From a virus, in IMG/VR virus record IMGVR_UViG_3300029774_000001: a stretch of DNA of 64,000 nt. The stretch is one strand, 5' to 3'. Numbering within the stretch: the first letter of the stretch is position 1; each line of letters starts with the position of its first letter. A model generated the notes under the pieces. The model had not been told where the DNA came from, did no database searches, and was given only the letters and a program-made list of their open reading frames with translations. Shown here piece by piece: positions 43,923-52,072 of this stretch. A program made the position numbers and the translations under genes.

Positions 43923-44276
43923 ATGGTACACAGCAAAGAACAAATCGAGGAAATTATGTTGTCTCTTTATGAACAACTTGGAGGACACAAATTCATAGTA
44001 GCAACCGGAAGCAAGTTTACTGGATATGCAGAAGACAAAAACGGTAATCTCGAACAATACATTTCCCTGGCACGCAATGCCAGCAGTGCAAACAAACTTA
44101 AAATCACTTATGACGAAGGTTTAGACCTCTATAACGTACTCTTTGAGAGACAGACGTTCAACAAAAAGACATTCCAGATAAGCAAGAAAGAAATCGCTTC
44201 CTACAATGGCATCTATTGCGACCAATTGGTACCTATTTTCGAGAGTGTAACCGGGATGTACACAAGACTGTTTTAA
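43923..44276 (+). CDS. hypothetical protein
   Basis: Track ORF 43914..44276 (TTG start). ATG 43923 is preceded by a stand-alone leader motif 'gtcaaacaaataaaa' at 43897..43911. Confidence 0.55.
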   Translation: MVHSKEQIEEIMLSLYEQLGGHKFIVATGSKFTGYAEDKNGNLEQYISLARNASSANKLKITYDEGLDLYNVLFERQTFNKKTFQISKKEIASYNGIYCDQLVPIFESVTGMYTRLF

Positions 44277-44301
44277 TCACAATAAAATATTTTACAAGAA
44301 C

Positions 44302-44493
44302 ATGAGAACATTAAGCAAAGGAAATTTCCGGGTCGTATATGACCCGGCAAAGGACGAAAGCATGAGCATGATTGCCGTCTACAAGAAGAACCTGGACGGC
44401 ACGTTATCCCTAATCAGTAAGGAGATGGGAGAAGAAAATGATAACGAGGTTCTGAGAGAACAAGCAATGAAAATCATTAATGAACTTAAATAA
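44302..44493 (+). CDS. hypothetical protein
   Basis: 63-aa ORF. Confidence 0.5.
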   Translation: MRTLSKGNFRVVYDPAKDESMSMIAVYKKNLDGTLSLISKEMGEENDNEVLREQAMKIINELK

Positions 44494-44508
44494 TAGGAGG
44501 ATTAAATT

Positions 44509-44733
44509 ATGAATGCAGGTATCATATTTTTAACTATCATTATTTTTATCGTTCATCTTATGCTGAGTGCCGAGGTAGGTTCTACGGCAGAAAGGATGAA
44601 CCGAAGTTTCGGAGTGTGGATGCTTATGGCACTTATCATTTCCCCGTTTATCGCAGCCATCTTTGTTCACTGCCTGGGGACTATTCCGGTTCCCGAAAAG
44701 AAGGAGGATTCAAAGAATGAAACCGAGAAGTAA
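44509..44733 (+). CDS. hypothetical two-pass membrane protein
   Basis: Two hydrophobic helices, 'AGIIFLTIIIFIVHLML' and 'VWMLMALIISPFIAAIFVHCLG'. Confidence 0.55.
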   Translation: MNAGIIFLTIIIFIVHLMLSAEVGSTAERMNRSFGVWMLMALIISPFIAAIFVHCLGTIPVPEKKEDSKNETEK

Positions 44734-45052
44734 TAGGTATATCTACTATTATGACAAGCGGTCTAAAAACAAGCCGTACCGGGTTATAATAGAAGTTGAG
44801 AAGAAGAAGTACAATATCGGTTATTTCCGAACCGTGGAAGAAGCGAGGACAGCCCGTGACGAGTTCATCCGGAATCATTTTTCCGTCTCCATAAGCTGGC
44901 AACGGTTACAGGAAATGAATGTGATTGTGGATAAGATTGCCGAACTTTCGGAAATACTGTCTTCCTATAGGGATATTTCTACGAATGAGGTTTGCCGGAA
45001 AATCGGGAATATCAAGCGGAACGCGGTTTCCATAAAGAAAATTATAGTATAA
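44717..45052 (+). CDS. AP2-like DNA-binding domain protein
   Basis: Track ORF 44663..45052 with ATG 44717 preferred. 'YRVIIEVEKKKYNIGYFRTVEEARTARDEF' fits the AP2 beta-sheet/helix pattern (x-a-x-I...lG-x-F-x-t-x-eeA-x-x-A). Confidence 0.55.
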   Translation: MKPRSNRYIYYYDKRSKNKPYRVIIEVEKKKYNIGYFRTVEEARTARDEFIRNHFSVSISWQRLQEMNVIVDKIAELSEILSSYRDISTNEVCRKIGNIKRNAVSIKKIIV

Positions 45053-45129
45053 ATATACACTCAATTTGTATAATTATTCATTTTTGTTTTGTAGTATGAG
45101 AACCTGGGTTTAGCGAAACCCGACAGACT

Positions 45130-45158
45130 GGGACGTTGTGAAACGTCCCTTTTCTTTT
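45130..45158. terminator. bidirectional terminator between convergent genes
   Basis: Stem gggacgt (45130..45136) / acgtccc (45143..45149) followed by ttttctttt. It lies between the + strand gene ending at 45052 and the - strand gene ending at 45178. Confidence 0.6.
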
Positions 45159-45177
45159 CTAAATCTTGACAACCGAG

Positions 45178-45633
45178 TTAATAATACTTGAAGAATGACA
45201 AAAAACCATAATCTACCAGTCCTTTTTCTACTGCATTCGCTTCTTGTTCAAACACGATTGCATGGTAACAGTCATGGTTTATAGCCTTGATTCTCTTAAT
45301 CCATTTCTTTATACCGCCACTGAAACCAGGGTGATACTTGATTAAGGCTCCTATTACACGTACAAACCATTCCAGGGCGTAATACAGATAGAACGTCAAC
45401 GGGATAAGGAGAAGTAGCCAGGGGCACGAGAAAACGCCTGCAAGACCGCTAAAAAGCACGGTGCCCGGTATCATTAATGATTTCCATTGATAGGAATGCG
45501 TTTCTTCATGTTTTAGGAATTCTTCGTCATAATACTCTTTCGTTTTCTTGCAAAGCAACCAGCAAAAAATTAGGATTGCGGAAAAGGTCGGAATGATAAT
45601 TTTCGCAATTTTCGATTCATAAACTACTTTCAT
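45178..45633 (-). CDS. membrane protein with HExxH motif (putative zinc metalloprotease)
   Basis: The only convincing minus-strand gene. 151 aa with about 3 hydrophobic helices, 'LKHEETHSYQW' (HExxH), and a downstream 'VFEQEA' as a possible third ligand. Confidence 0.5.
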   Translation of the reverse strand: MKVVYESKIAKIIIPTFSAILIFCWLLCKKTKEYYDEEFLKHEETHSYQWKSLMIPGTVLFSGLAGVFSCPWLLLLIPLTFYLYYALEWFVRVIGALIKYHPGFSGGIKKWIKRIKAINHDCYHAIVFEQEANAVEKGLVDYGFLSFFKYY

Positions 45634-45820
45634 ATTTTACAATTTTTAAGATTAAACACGTGTAAAGGTAGGCTTTTTCGAGGAAATTTCTGTCAATATT
45701 TATTACTATTTATAACTATCTGGAAATCAACACTTTGACATTTTACCATAAGGGTATTATCTAACCCCTAAAGGGGTACGTAGTTCCCTTTCTTCTTTTA
45801 CCCTTACGGGTATATTAATA

Positions 45821-45990
45821 GGAGGAAGAACTGCAATATAGCAATAGGGGGTTTGGGGGAGGAAGGGGAAAGAGTGAAAAATGGGGAAGGGGGATAAAGT
45901 GAGATATGGAAAGTGTTAACGGAAGTAAAAAAGAAAGGGGAGACGAAGCGAAAGAAAGAAGACGAAAACAAGAAGGGATTTTGGGAAAAA
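45821..45990 (+). repeat. polypurine (G/A-rich) tract
   Basis: ~170 nt, almost entirely purine on the + strand (ggaggaagaa...gggggaggaaggggaaagag...aaagaaagaagacgaaaacaagaaggg), ending next to GGCGCGCC at 45991..45998. Confidence 0.7.
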
Positions 45991-46022
45991 GGCGCGCCCG
46001 GCAAAAATTTTCTCGAAAAAAT

Positions 46023-46053
46023 TTTGTGGATTGAAAAATAATCCCTATGTTTG
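46023..46053 (+). promoter_or_regulatory. Bacteroidota-type promoter (-33 TTTG / -7 TAtgTTTG)
   Basis: TTTG at 46023..46026 and TAtgTTTG at 46046..46053, 19-nt spacing. It would give a ~200-nt leader for the gene starting at 46266. Confidence 0.5.
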
Positions 46054-46119
46054 CAGTGCTTAAACAAATGGCGGCTCAGTTCTGAAAAGAGCTGGGAACC
46101 GCAAAAGAAAAGGGGTTAT

Positions 46120-46262
46120 CTGTAGATTACGCTTTTACAAATACCGCTTTTAAAAATTTCCCCTTTTCTTTTTGTTTTGTAAGCAGGTGTTTGTAGGCGT
46201 TAATATCCTTGAGCAAGATATTTGTAAAAATGGAAATTTTGTAAAAGAAGCGTAATCTATAG
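46120..46262. repeat. long-range inverted repeat plus TTTGTAAAA iteron-like motifs
   Basis: Arm 1 'ctgtagattacgcttttacaa' (46120..46140) is complementary to arm 2 'ttgtaaaagaagcgtaatctatag' (46239..46262), with one G-U pair and a 3-nt bulge. TTTGTAAAA occurs at 46221..46229 and 46238..46246. Its reverse complement occurs at 46133..46141 and (8 of 9 nt) at 45635..45642. Confidence 0.65.
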
Positions 46263-46265
46263 AAA

Positions 46266-47564
46266 ATGAAAAAAGATACAGAAAAATCGGCATCACGCCA
46301 GGACATTCCAGAAAAGATTAAATCTCCTATTAAGGATTTTAAGAATATACAGACTATCCAGGATTATGAGTATTGCTGCGTATTGTGCGCTATTAGATTG
46401 ATAAACAACAAGTATTGCAAGAGAAATCAGAAGAAGTATCAGTATAAGACGTTTTGGAAAAGAAGTTTTACTACACAAGAACTGTCATTGAAGATTGCGG
46501 AAGAAGTGGGTATTTCCTACAGAAAAGCGAAGGATTATATCAAGTTTTTAAGACTGAATGACTACATTAAATTCCCCGAAAAGGATGTATGTACAATCAT
46601 AAACAAGGATTTCAAGGATGTAACGGAAGAGATGTATTTACCGGATTATTTGCGTTATGTGATTAAGGAGAAAGGGGTAAAATGGTCTCCTATTTTTACA
46701 AGGATATTGAATTACATTTCAAAGAAGATAAGATATTACAAGTATTGTAAAGAGATTGCAGAGTATAATTTGGACGTATGGAATGACGAGGAATCAAAGA
46801 AAGACGAGATTTTAAAGATAGTTGAATGGCTGTACAATAACGAGGACTGGAAGGAATCGGATTATGACAAGGTTTATGAAAAGGCTGTAAAGATGGCGCA
46901 TAAGCACGCATTAGAGGCTATAAAATGGAACAATTGCGAAGTATCGTTCTATGAAAGCCCTAAACGTATTGCAAGCCGTATGAAATGCAGTGTAGACACA
47001 GTGAGAAAGTTTATAAAGGCATTGAAAGAGATTTTTGGAGAAAGAGTATACATGAAGCCGGAAAAGGCGACTAAATCAATGAGATACAACCCTAATTTGA
47101 ATAACTATACAATATCATTGCCGGACAGGGAAGAATGGAAGAATATGTTTGCAAGAAGATTCGAGAAGATTAAGGAAGGTGTTTCAAGGGTAAAGGATTC
47201 TGTTTATTATCTCAAAAGAGTTTGGTTCAGAAAAGAAAAGGGTTATTTGTGGGAAGACAAGGAGTTCAATAGAATAGCAAAAAGAAGTGCTACTGTAACG
47301 TGTGGAGAAAAGGAATTGCCGTGCAAAAAGAGGTTGAGTTTTTATTACACCCTAAAAAAGAACTTGGAATACTGGGAGGACAATTTCGAGAAGGAAAAGG
47401 AAATAGAAGAAGAAAAGGAACGTTTTTATAAGTCTGAAATACAAAGGGAGGTTGAAGAAAACAGCAGAATTGATTTGGTGGCGAAATATCGCTGTCACGA
47501 GGCACCCGAATATGAAAATTACAACCCTAATGAATTTGAAGCATATAGAGTATGGAAACGGTAA
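46266..47564 (+). CDS. hypothetical protein with two HTH/winged-helix-like segments (candidate initiator or regulator)
   Basis: 432 aa. 'TTQELSLKIAEEVGISYRKAKDYIKFL' and 'SPKRIASRMKCSVDTVRKFIKALKE' look like HTH units. The gene lies downstream of the iteron- and IR-rich region. Confidence 0.4.
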   Translation: MKKDTEKSASRQDIPEKIKSPIKDFKNIQTIQDYEYCCVLCAIRLINNKYCKRNQKKYQYKTFWKRSFTTQELSLKIAEEVGISYRKAKDYIKFLRLNDYIKFPEKDVCTIINKDFKDVTEEMYLPDYLRYVIKEKGVKWSPIFTRILNYISKKIRYYKYCKEIAEYNLDVWNDEESKKDEILKIVEWLYNNEDWKESDYDKVYEKAVKMAHKHALEAIKWNNCEVSFYESPKRIASRMKCSVDTVRKFIKALKEIFGERVYMKPEKATKSMRYNPNLNNYTISLPDREEWKNMFARRFEKIKEGVSRVKDSVYYLKRVWFRKEKGYLWEDKEFNRIAKRSATVTCGEKELPCKKRLSFYYTLKKNLEYWEDNFEKEKEIEEEKERFYKSEIQREVEENSRIDLVAKYRCHEAPEYENYNPNEFEAYRVWKR

Positions 47565-47794
47565 GTGAATACATATACAATGACTATGAAAGCGAAGACG
47601 TAGAACTGTACGCGGAACAGATGATAAGGGAACGCATAGCGCGTGACGAGAAGCGACGCGAACAGATAGAAAAGGCTTTGGCGAAAGCCGAAAGGGACAG
47701 GAAACGGATTGCCAACAGAAGAAGGAAGTATGTAAAGGACAATCCTATAAGGGCGAAGTATAAATACCCAGGACTGGGGAAATATTCAAGTTAA
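47552..47794 (+). CDS. hypothetical basic coiled-coil protein
   Basis: 80-aa ORF overlapping the upstream gene by 13 nt. Confidence 0.5.
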   Translation: METVSEYIYNDYESEDVELYAEQMIRERIARDEKRREQIEKALAKAERDRKRIANRRRKYVKDNPIRAKYKYPGLGKYSS

Positions 47795-47873
47795 AAGCTT
47801 GGTTATTTGGATGATAATGCCTATTTTTACCGTTGTAATTGCAATTTCGTTATAACTTAAAAAGGCATTATTC

Positions 47874-48566
47874 ATGGATAATAATAGAAAAGAAGAGAAA
47901 GTGTTCGGACGTGCACAATTTGAACAATTTCTCATTGACAACGACTACGAAGCGTTCACCGCAAAGCAGGTAGCGGCTTTTGCTACTGATGTTTTGAACA
48001 AGTCAGAAAACAACGAGATGGACGAGTTCGAGAAAGCATGTGCGGCTGCGGACTGGAAATCACTTGAAACGGTTAAAGTGCTGAATGACATTTACGAGGA
48101 AGAACCTATGTTCATAAGACCCTCACAAGTGGAAGTGATACCGGGAAAGGAAGGAATTTTCAAATCAATGTCCGAGAACCGGGACATGTTGCGATACAAG
48201 GAAACCCCTCTAAACATTTTCAAGGGCATAGCCGGAATGTGCGTATCTGACAATATAGAGAAGGCACGGAAGGGCGAACCAATCGGAACTGTCAAAAGCT
48301 GGGGAGGGAAGGAATATGTGAAGACCGCGAACGGCTGGGTACGACGCCAGGGAATCAAGACAAAGGAGACCGCGAAGGAGGAGAAGCCGAAAGAAAAGAA
48401 AGGCGGTTTCCCTACAGTTGAAAAACTCGTGGCTGCGGCCGCAAAGTCGGGGCACAACCCTAAAGAGGCAGAGAACGTTATCAGAGAACGCTATGACTAT
48501 CTGAAAAAGAAATATCCGGAAGCCTCACCAAGTAAACTTGTACACATTGCATATACAATTTCCTAA
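47874..48566 (+). CDS. hypothetical protein
   Basis: 230-aa ORF. Confidence 0.55.
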   Translation: MDNNRKEEKVFGRAQFEQFLIDNDYEAFTAKQVAAFATDVLNKSENNEMDEFEKACAAADWKSLETVKVLNDIYEEEPMFIRPSQVEVIPGKEGIFKSMSENRDMLRYKETPLNIFKGIAGMCVSDNIEKARKGEPIGTVKSWGGKEYVKTANGWVRRQGIKTKETAKEEKPKEKKGGFPTVEKLVAAAAKSGHNPKEAENVIRERYDYLKKKYPEASPSKLVHIAYTIS

Positions 48567-48579
48567 AATTCCGTCGCAT

Positions 48580-49083
48580 ATGATTATGGGAAAACTACAT
48601 AAAATAAGGGAATACGTAATGAGTTTATATTTTCCCGTGTTGTTGAGCATACCTATCTCTTTTTCCAACACGGCATCCTTCATTGAGAAATATGTGTTTC
48701 GGGACTGGGAGTTCTTGAAATACCTAATGATTCTTATAGTGATAGACACACTTGTAAGCTGGGTATATCATATCAAGAACAAGGACTTTTCAAGCAAGGG
48801 CTTTTCAATGATTATCACAAAGCTTTTCATTTATTCCGCTATTCTGATTGTTTCGCATGTGATGGGGAACTTTACGGTGGAAGGCGGCAATGTGGAGATA
48901 TACACATGGTTCCGTGCCGTGGTGTGTAACGCGCTTATAATACGAGAATCAATCTCAATCGTGGAGAACGCGGCAAAGGTAAGCCCTACTTTGGTACCTC
49001 AGAGAATAAGAAAATATCTGTCTGATTTCGACGAATTCGGAGACAAGAAACCGGAGACGATAAAGGAAATGAAAGGAGAATGA
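48580..49083 (+). CDS. holin (Phage_holin_4_1 / toxin-secretion-lysis holin-like)
   Basis: Several TM helices. 'VIDTLVSWVYHIKNKDFSSKGFSMIITKLFIY' and 'IIRESISIVENAAKV' resemble the D-x-x-tG...k-x-x-S-x-x-g...E-x-x-SI-x-EN pattern of that family. The track start is 48538; the first ATG after the upstream stop is used. Confidence 0.6.
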   Translation: MIMGKLHKIREYVMSLYFPVLLSIPISFSNTASFIEKYVFRDWEFLKYLMILIVIDTLVSWVYHIKNKDFSSKGFSMIITKLFIYSAILIVSHVMGNFTVEGGNVEIYTWFRAVVCNALIIRESISIVENAAKVSPTLVPQRIRKYLSDFDEFGDKKPETIKEMKGE

Positions 49084-49430
49084 CTATGGCACAAGGCGAT
49101 TATTTGCCCGGAACCTATTCAAGGGTCGGAACGGAAGAAAACCCGGGCACATACCTTGGAGGAGGTTCGGGCGGTACTTCACAAACAATGCCGCCAAAGG
49201 TGAAGAAGGTATGGGTACTGGACAACGATAGATGGAACATGCGCAATTATTGGATTTCCGGAGGGAAGTTCAGTATTCCGGCAGTATGGGTACTTACCAA
49301 AGGGGTTTGGGACAACTTCGGCAAATGGATGAAAGACGGAGTTTGGAGAATGGGACAGCTCATTTTCTCTACAGACAATATTTGGCATGATAATTTCGTA
49401 TGGTATAACGATTTAAAGTTTAAATTTTAG
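49080..49430 (+). CDS. hypothetical Trp-rich protein
   Basis: 116 aa with 10 Trp residues. ATGA overlap with the holin gene. Confidence 0.5.
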   Translation: MTMAQGDYLPGTYSRVGTEENPGTYLGGGSGGTSQTMPPKVKKVWVLDNDRWNMRNYWISGGKFSIPAVWVLTKGVWDNFGKWMKDGVWRMGQLIFSTDNIWHDNFVWYNDLKFKF

Positions 49431-49435
49431 AGATT

Positions 49436-49957
49436 ATGAAAAAAGCAGCTTTTTATCAAATACAGGACGGTGATACCGGGGCACAGGTTGCACAGGGATT
49501 GCAAGGCAATTTCGAGGCTTTGCAACAGGAGATAGAGGCAATTCCTTCCTATTCATTGCCTATTAAGATGGACCCTAATAGTGGAATTATCAACAGTGAG
49601 GAGGACTATAACAGTATTCTTCCCGAATCCTATCTGACGGAATATCCGTGGCAGGCTGAATATGCAGGCGGTCTTCCTTGGTTATGGATGAACTTCAAGG
49701 CGAAGGTATCGGAAGGTACTCAGATTTGTATTAAGCATAACAACAAGTTCTGCGAGTTCACCAACATTCCAGAAACTATCGGCATCGTATCTGTTGACAA
49801 GAAGATTCTGACAATGAAGGAGAAGAACGAATATCTGGGTTTCGAGTGTCAGAAGGATTTGGGTGTACAGAAAGTGGACTTGAAAGGCATTTACCAGGTT
49901 TACGTACTGGGTGCTGACGGTTCCGTGGAACAGGAAATTGTATTTGAATGTAAATAA
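49436..49957 (+). CDS. hypothetical protein (virion?)
   Basis: 173-aa ORF. Confidence 0.55.
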   Translation: MKKAAFYQIQDGDTGAQVAQGLQGNFEALQQEIEAIPSYSLPIKMDPNSGIINSEEDYNSILPESYLTEYPWQAEYAGGLPWLWMNFKAKVSEGTQICIKHNNKFCEFTNIPETIGIVSVDKKILTMKEKNEYLGFECQKDLGVQKVDLKGIYQVYVLGADGSVEQEIVFECK

Positions 49958-49980
49958 AAACCATTAAAAAAGAAAAGATT

Positions 49981-50553
49981 ATGAGACTATACAGATTTTT
50001 GGACGAAGACAAGAATATTGATGTGACATTGGTAACGGACGGAAGTTGCGACCAGAAGAAAGTATTCATTACCGAATCACCGCGCGGAATTACCCCTAAA
50101 GGAAACGTGACGGACCCGGAAGGCGGTTCAGAGCTTTTGAAGCTTGGTTTCAAATGGAATGTAGGTGAAGCCGTGATGCACGAGGAACTTGTAGCATTTG
50201 CAGAAGAAAAGGGTTTGGAATTAATTATCGACCCCCAGGGATTGAATGAAATCGTTGCGGTAACGGCAGAATGGAACGATGCAGATGCGTGTGTAATCAC
50301 CATTAAAACAAGTGTTCCGGCAAAGAAGGATGTCGACATTTATTTCCCTAATAGCGTGAATCTGAATGAGAGCGCAGAAAGATTCGGTGTAATCAGAGGA
50401 GACCGCAAAACCCTCTCTACAAAAGTTATGTCCGGTAAACCTATGGCGTTCACGTTGACTGACCTTGGTCTGGATGCAAAGGAGGATTTGAATGTAGTTG
50501 TAATGACCGACAATAATACGTGGCGTGAAGAACTTGTGGCACAAAACGCATAA
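49981..50553 (+). CDS. hypothetical protein, paralogous to the N-terminus of the next gene
   Basis: 'MRLYRFLDEDKNIDVTLVTDGSCDQKKVFITESPRG' compares with 'MLRLLFTTEDNVHQMTVVTDGIDGQMKVFVTESLYG' in the next ORF. Confidence 0.55.
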   Translation: MRLYRFLDEDKNIDVTLVTDGSCDQKKVFITESPRGITPKGNVTDPEGGSELLKLGFKWNVGEAVMHEELVAFAEEKGLELIIDPQGLNEIVAVTAEWNDADACVITIKTSVPAKKDVDIYFPNSVNLNESAERFGVIRGDRKTLSTKVMSGKPMAFTLTDLGLDAKEDLNVVVMTDNNTWREELVAQNA

Positions 50554-50557
50554 GGAT

Positions 50558-52060
50558 ATGTTACGGTTATTGTTTACAACAGAGGACAATGTTCACCAAA
50601 TGACCGTCGTAACCGACGGAATCGACGGTCAGATGAAGGTTTTCGTTACAGAAAGCCTCTATGGTGACGTGGAATATTATAAGGGGCTGGGTATCGTGAT
50701 TGAACCCGGACACACCTATAATATCGGACAGTTCAAGGAATGGGCGTTTAAGGCGCTTGTTAAGCTTATCTCATATCCGGAAGGATTCGGAGAAGAAGGC
50801 GCGGTATTGTCGGACGTGCAGGAAGTTGTGGAATACGTATTGGAGACTAAAGAACCTACACTCAATTTCCCTGCAAAGGGAGGTGATGATATGTGCGTAG
50901 TGACGTCTTCAAAGCAGACTTTCAAGAATGGACAACCAGTAGGACATCCGGAAGGCGTACCAGTGGAATTCTCAATATCTGGGGCAGGATTCAAGGTTGA
51001 CGGTGGAGGACAAGTAACGGTTGACGAGAACCCCAACAACACGACAAGAAAAGCGGTAGTGACGGTTAAACAGAATGAAAGCGGAAAGACATTGCAGATT
51101 ACATGCAACCAGGCTGCATCTACTGTAACCTACGAATATGCGCTTACAGTAGACCCGACAGCGGTAACGTTCGACGGTGCAGGAGGTGAAAAGCTGGTTA
51201 CCGTGACTTCTACAAGAACAAAAGTTCTGAACGGGGTAAAACAGCAGGCAGAAAGCTATCCTACGGACATAGAGCTTGCAGGTGAGGGATTCAGCTATGA
51301 AGTGAGCGGAAACAACTACAATCTGAAAGCCGAGGAGAATACCGGGACCTCACAGAGAACAGGAAAGGCAACCATTTCACAGGAAGGCGGAAAGACCGTA
51401 CAGATGAACTTGACACAGAATGCGGCTACGGTGACGTATGACTATGCACTTACAGCCAACTCACAGACCATACAGTTTGTAGCGCTTGGAGAAACGAAGA
51501 GTTTACAAGTTGTTTCAACAAGACAGAAAAAAGTTAACGGTAAACCGTCTGGTGATGTCGAGAAGGTAGATACGACTGCACAAATTACCGGAACCGGATT
51601 TAGCGAGACTTCATCAGAAACCACCAATGGAGAGAATTATAGCATAGTGGCAGCAGAGAACAAGGCAGAAACAGCTAATAACGGTTCTATTACCATTACA
51701 CAGACTGGAAGTAACAAGACGGTAAAGGTTACGTTAACACAGCTTGCAGCGACAGTTACCTATGAATATACATTGACTACAGACCCGACAACACTTTCAT
51801 TTGCAGCAGCAGGAGAAACAAAGATATTCGGTGTTTCAAGCAAGAAGCAGAAGAAAGTGAATGGGAAGAATGACGGTTCACCTATGACGGTTGACTACAC
51901 TACTGTAGTGAGTGGTACGGGATTTACCAAGGGTTCTACTGAATATTCTGTAGTGGCGGATGCAAATACTGGCGCACAGCGTACCGGAACGGCAGTTGTT
52001 ACGGCAGTAGAAGGAGGAAAGAAAGCGACGGTAAACCTTACACAATTGGCTGGAGAATAA
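50558..52060 (+). CDS. virion decoration/adhesion-type protein with four tandem Ig-like (BACON/Big-like) repeats
   Basis: Track ORF 50525..52060 with ATG 50558 preferred. Four repeats of about 100-108 aa each end in 'v-x-v-x-L-T-Q-x-A-A' and start 'TVTY(E/D)YaLT'. Confidence 0.6.
   Translation: MLRLLFTTEDNVHQMTVVTDGIDGQMKVFVTESLYGDVEYYKGLGIVIEPGHTYNIGQFKEWAFKALVKLISYPEGFGEEGAVLSDVQEVVEYVLETKEPTLNFPAKGGDDMCVVTSSKQTFKNGQPVGHPEGVPVEFSISGAGFKVDGGGQVTVDENPNNTTRKAVVTVKQNESGKTLQITCNQAASTVTYEYALTVDPTAVTFDGAGGEKLVTVTSTRTKVLNGVKQQAESYPTDIELAGEGFSYEVSGNNYNLKAEENTGTSQRTGKATISQEGGKTVQMNLTQNAATVTYDYALTANSQTIQFVALGETKSLQVVSTRQKKVNGKPSGDVEKVDTTAQITGTGFSETSSETTNGENYSIVAAENKAETANNGSITITQTGSNKTVKVTLTQLAATVTYEYTLTTDPTTLSFAAAGETKIFGVSSKKQKKVNGKNDGSPMTVDYTTVVSGTGFTKGSTEYSVVADANTGAQRTGTAVVTAVEGGKKATVNLTQLAGE
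50855..52057 (+). repeat. four tandem coding repeats (~300-325 nt each)
   Basis: Repeat boundaries are near 50855, 51119, 51427 and 51751. Recurring peptide blocks are TVTYEYALT, SxRxKKVNGK and LTQxAA. Confidence 0.7.
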
Positions 52061-52072
52061 AAATTGTTTACA

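Noticed and set aside
45804-46067. 87-aa minus-strand ORF in the divergent intergenic region
   Set aside because: It is the complement of the polypurine tract, translating to a Pro/Ser/Phe low-complexity string, so it is not credible as a gene.
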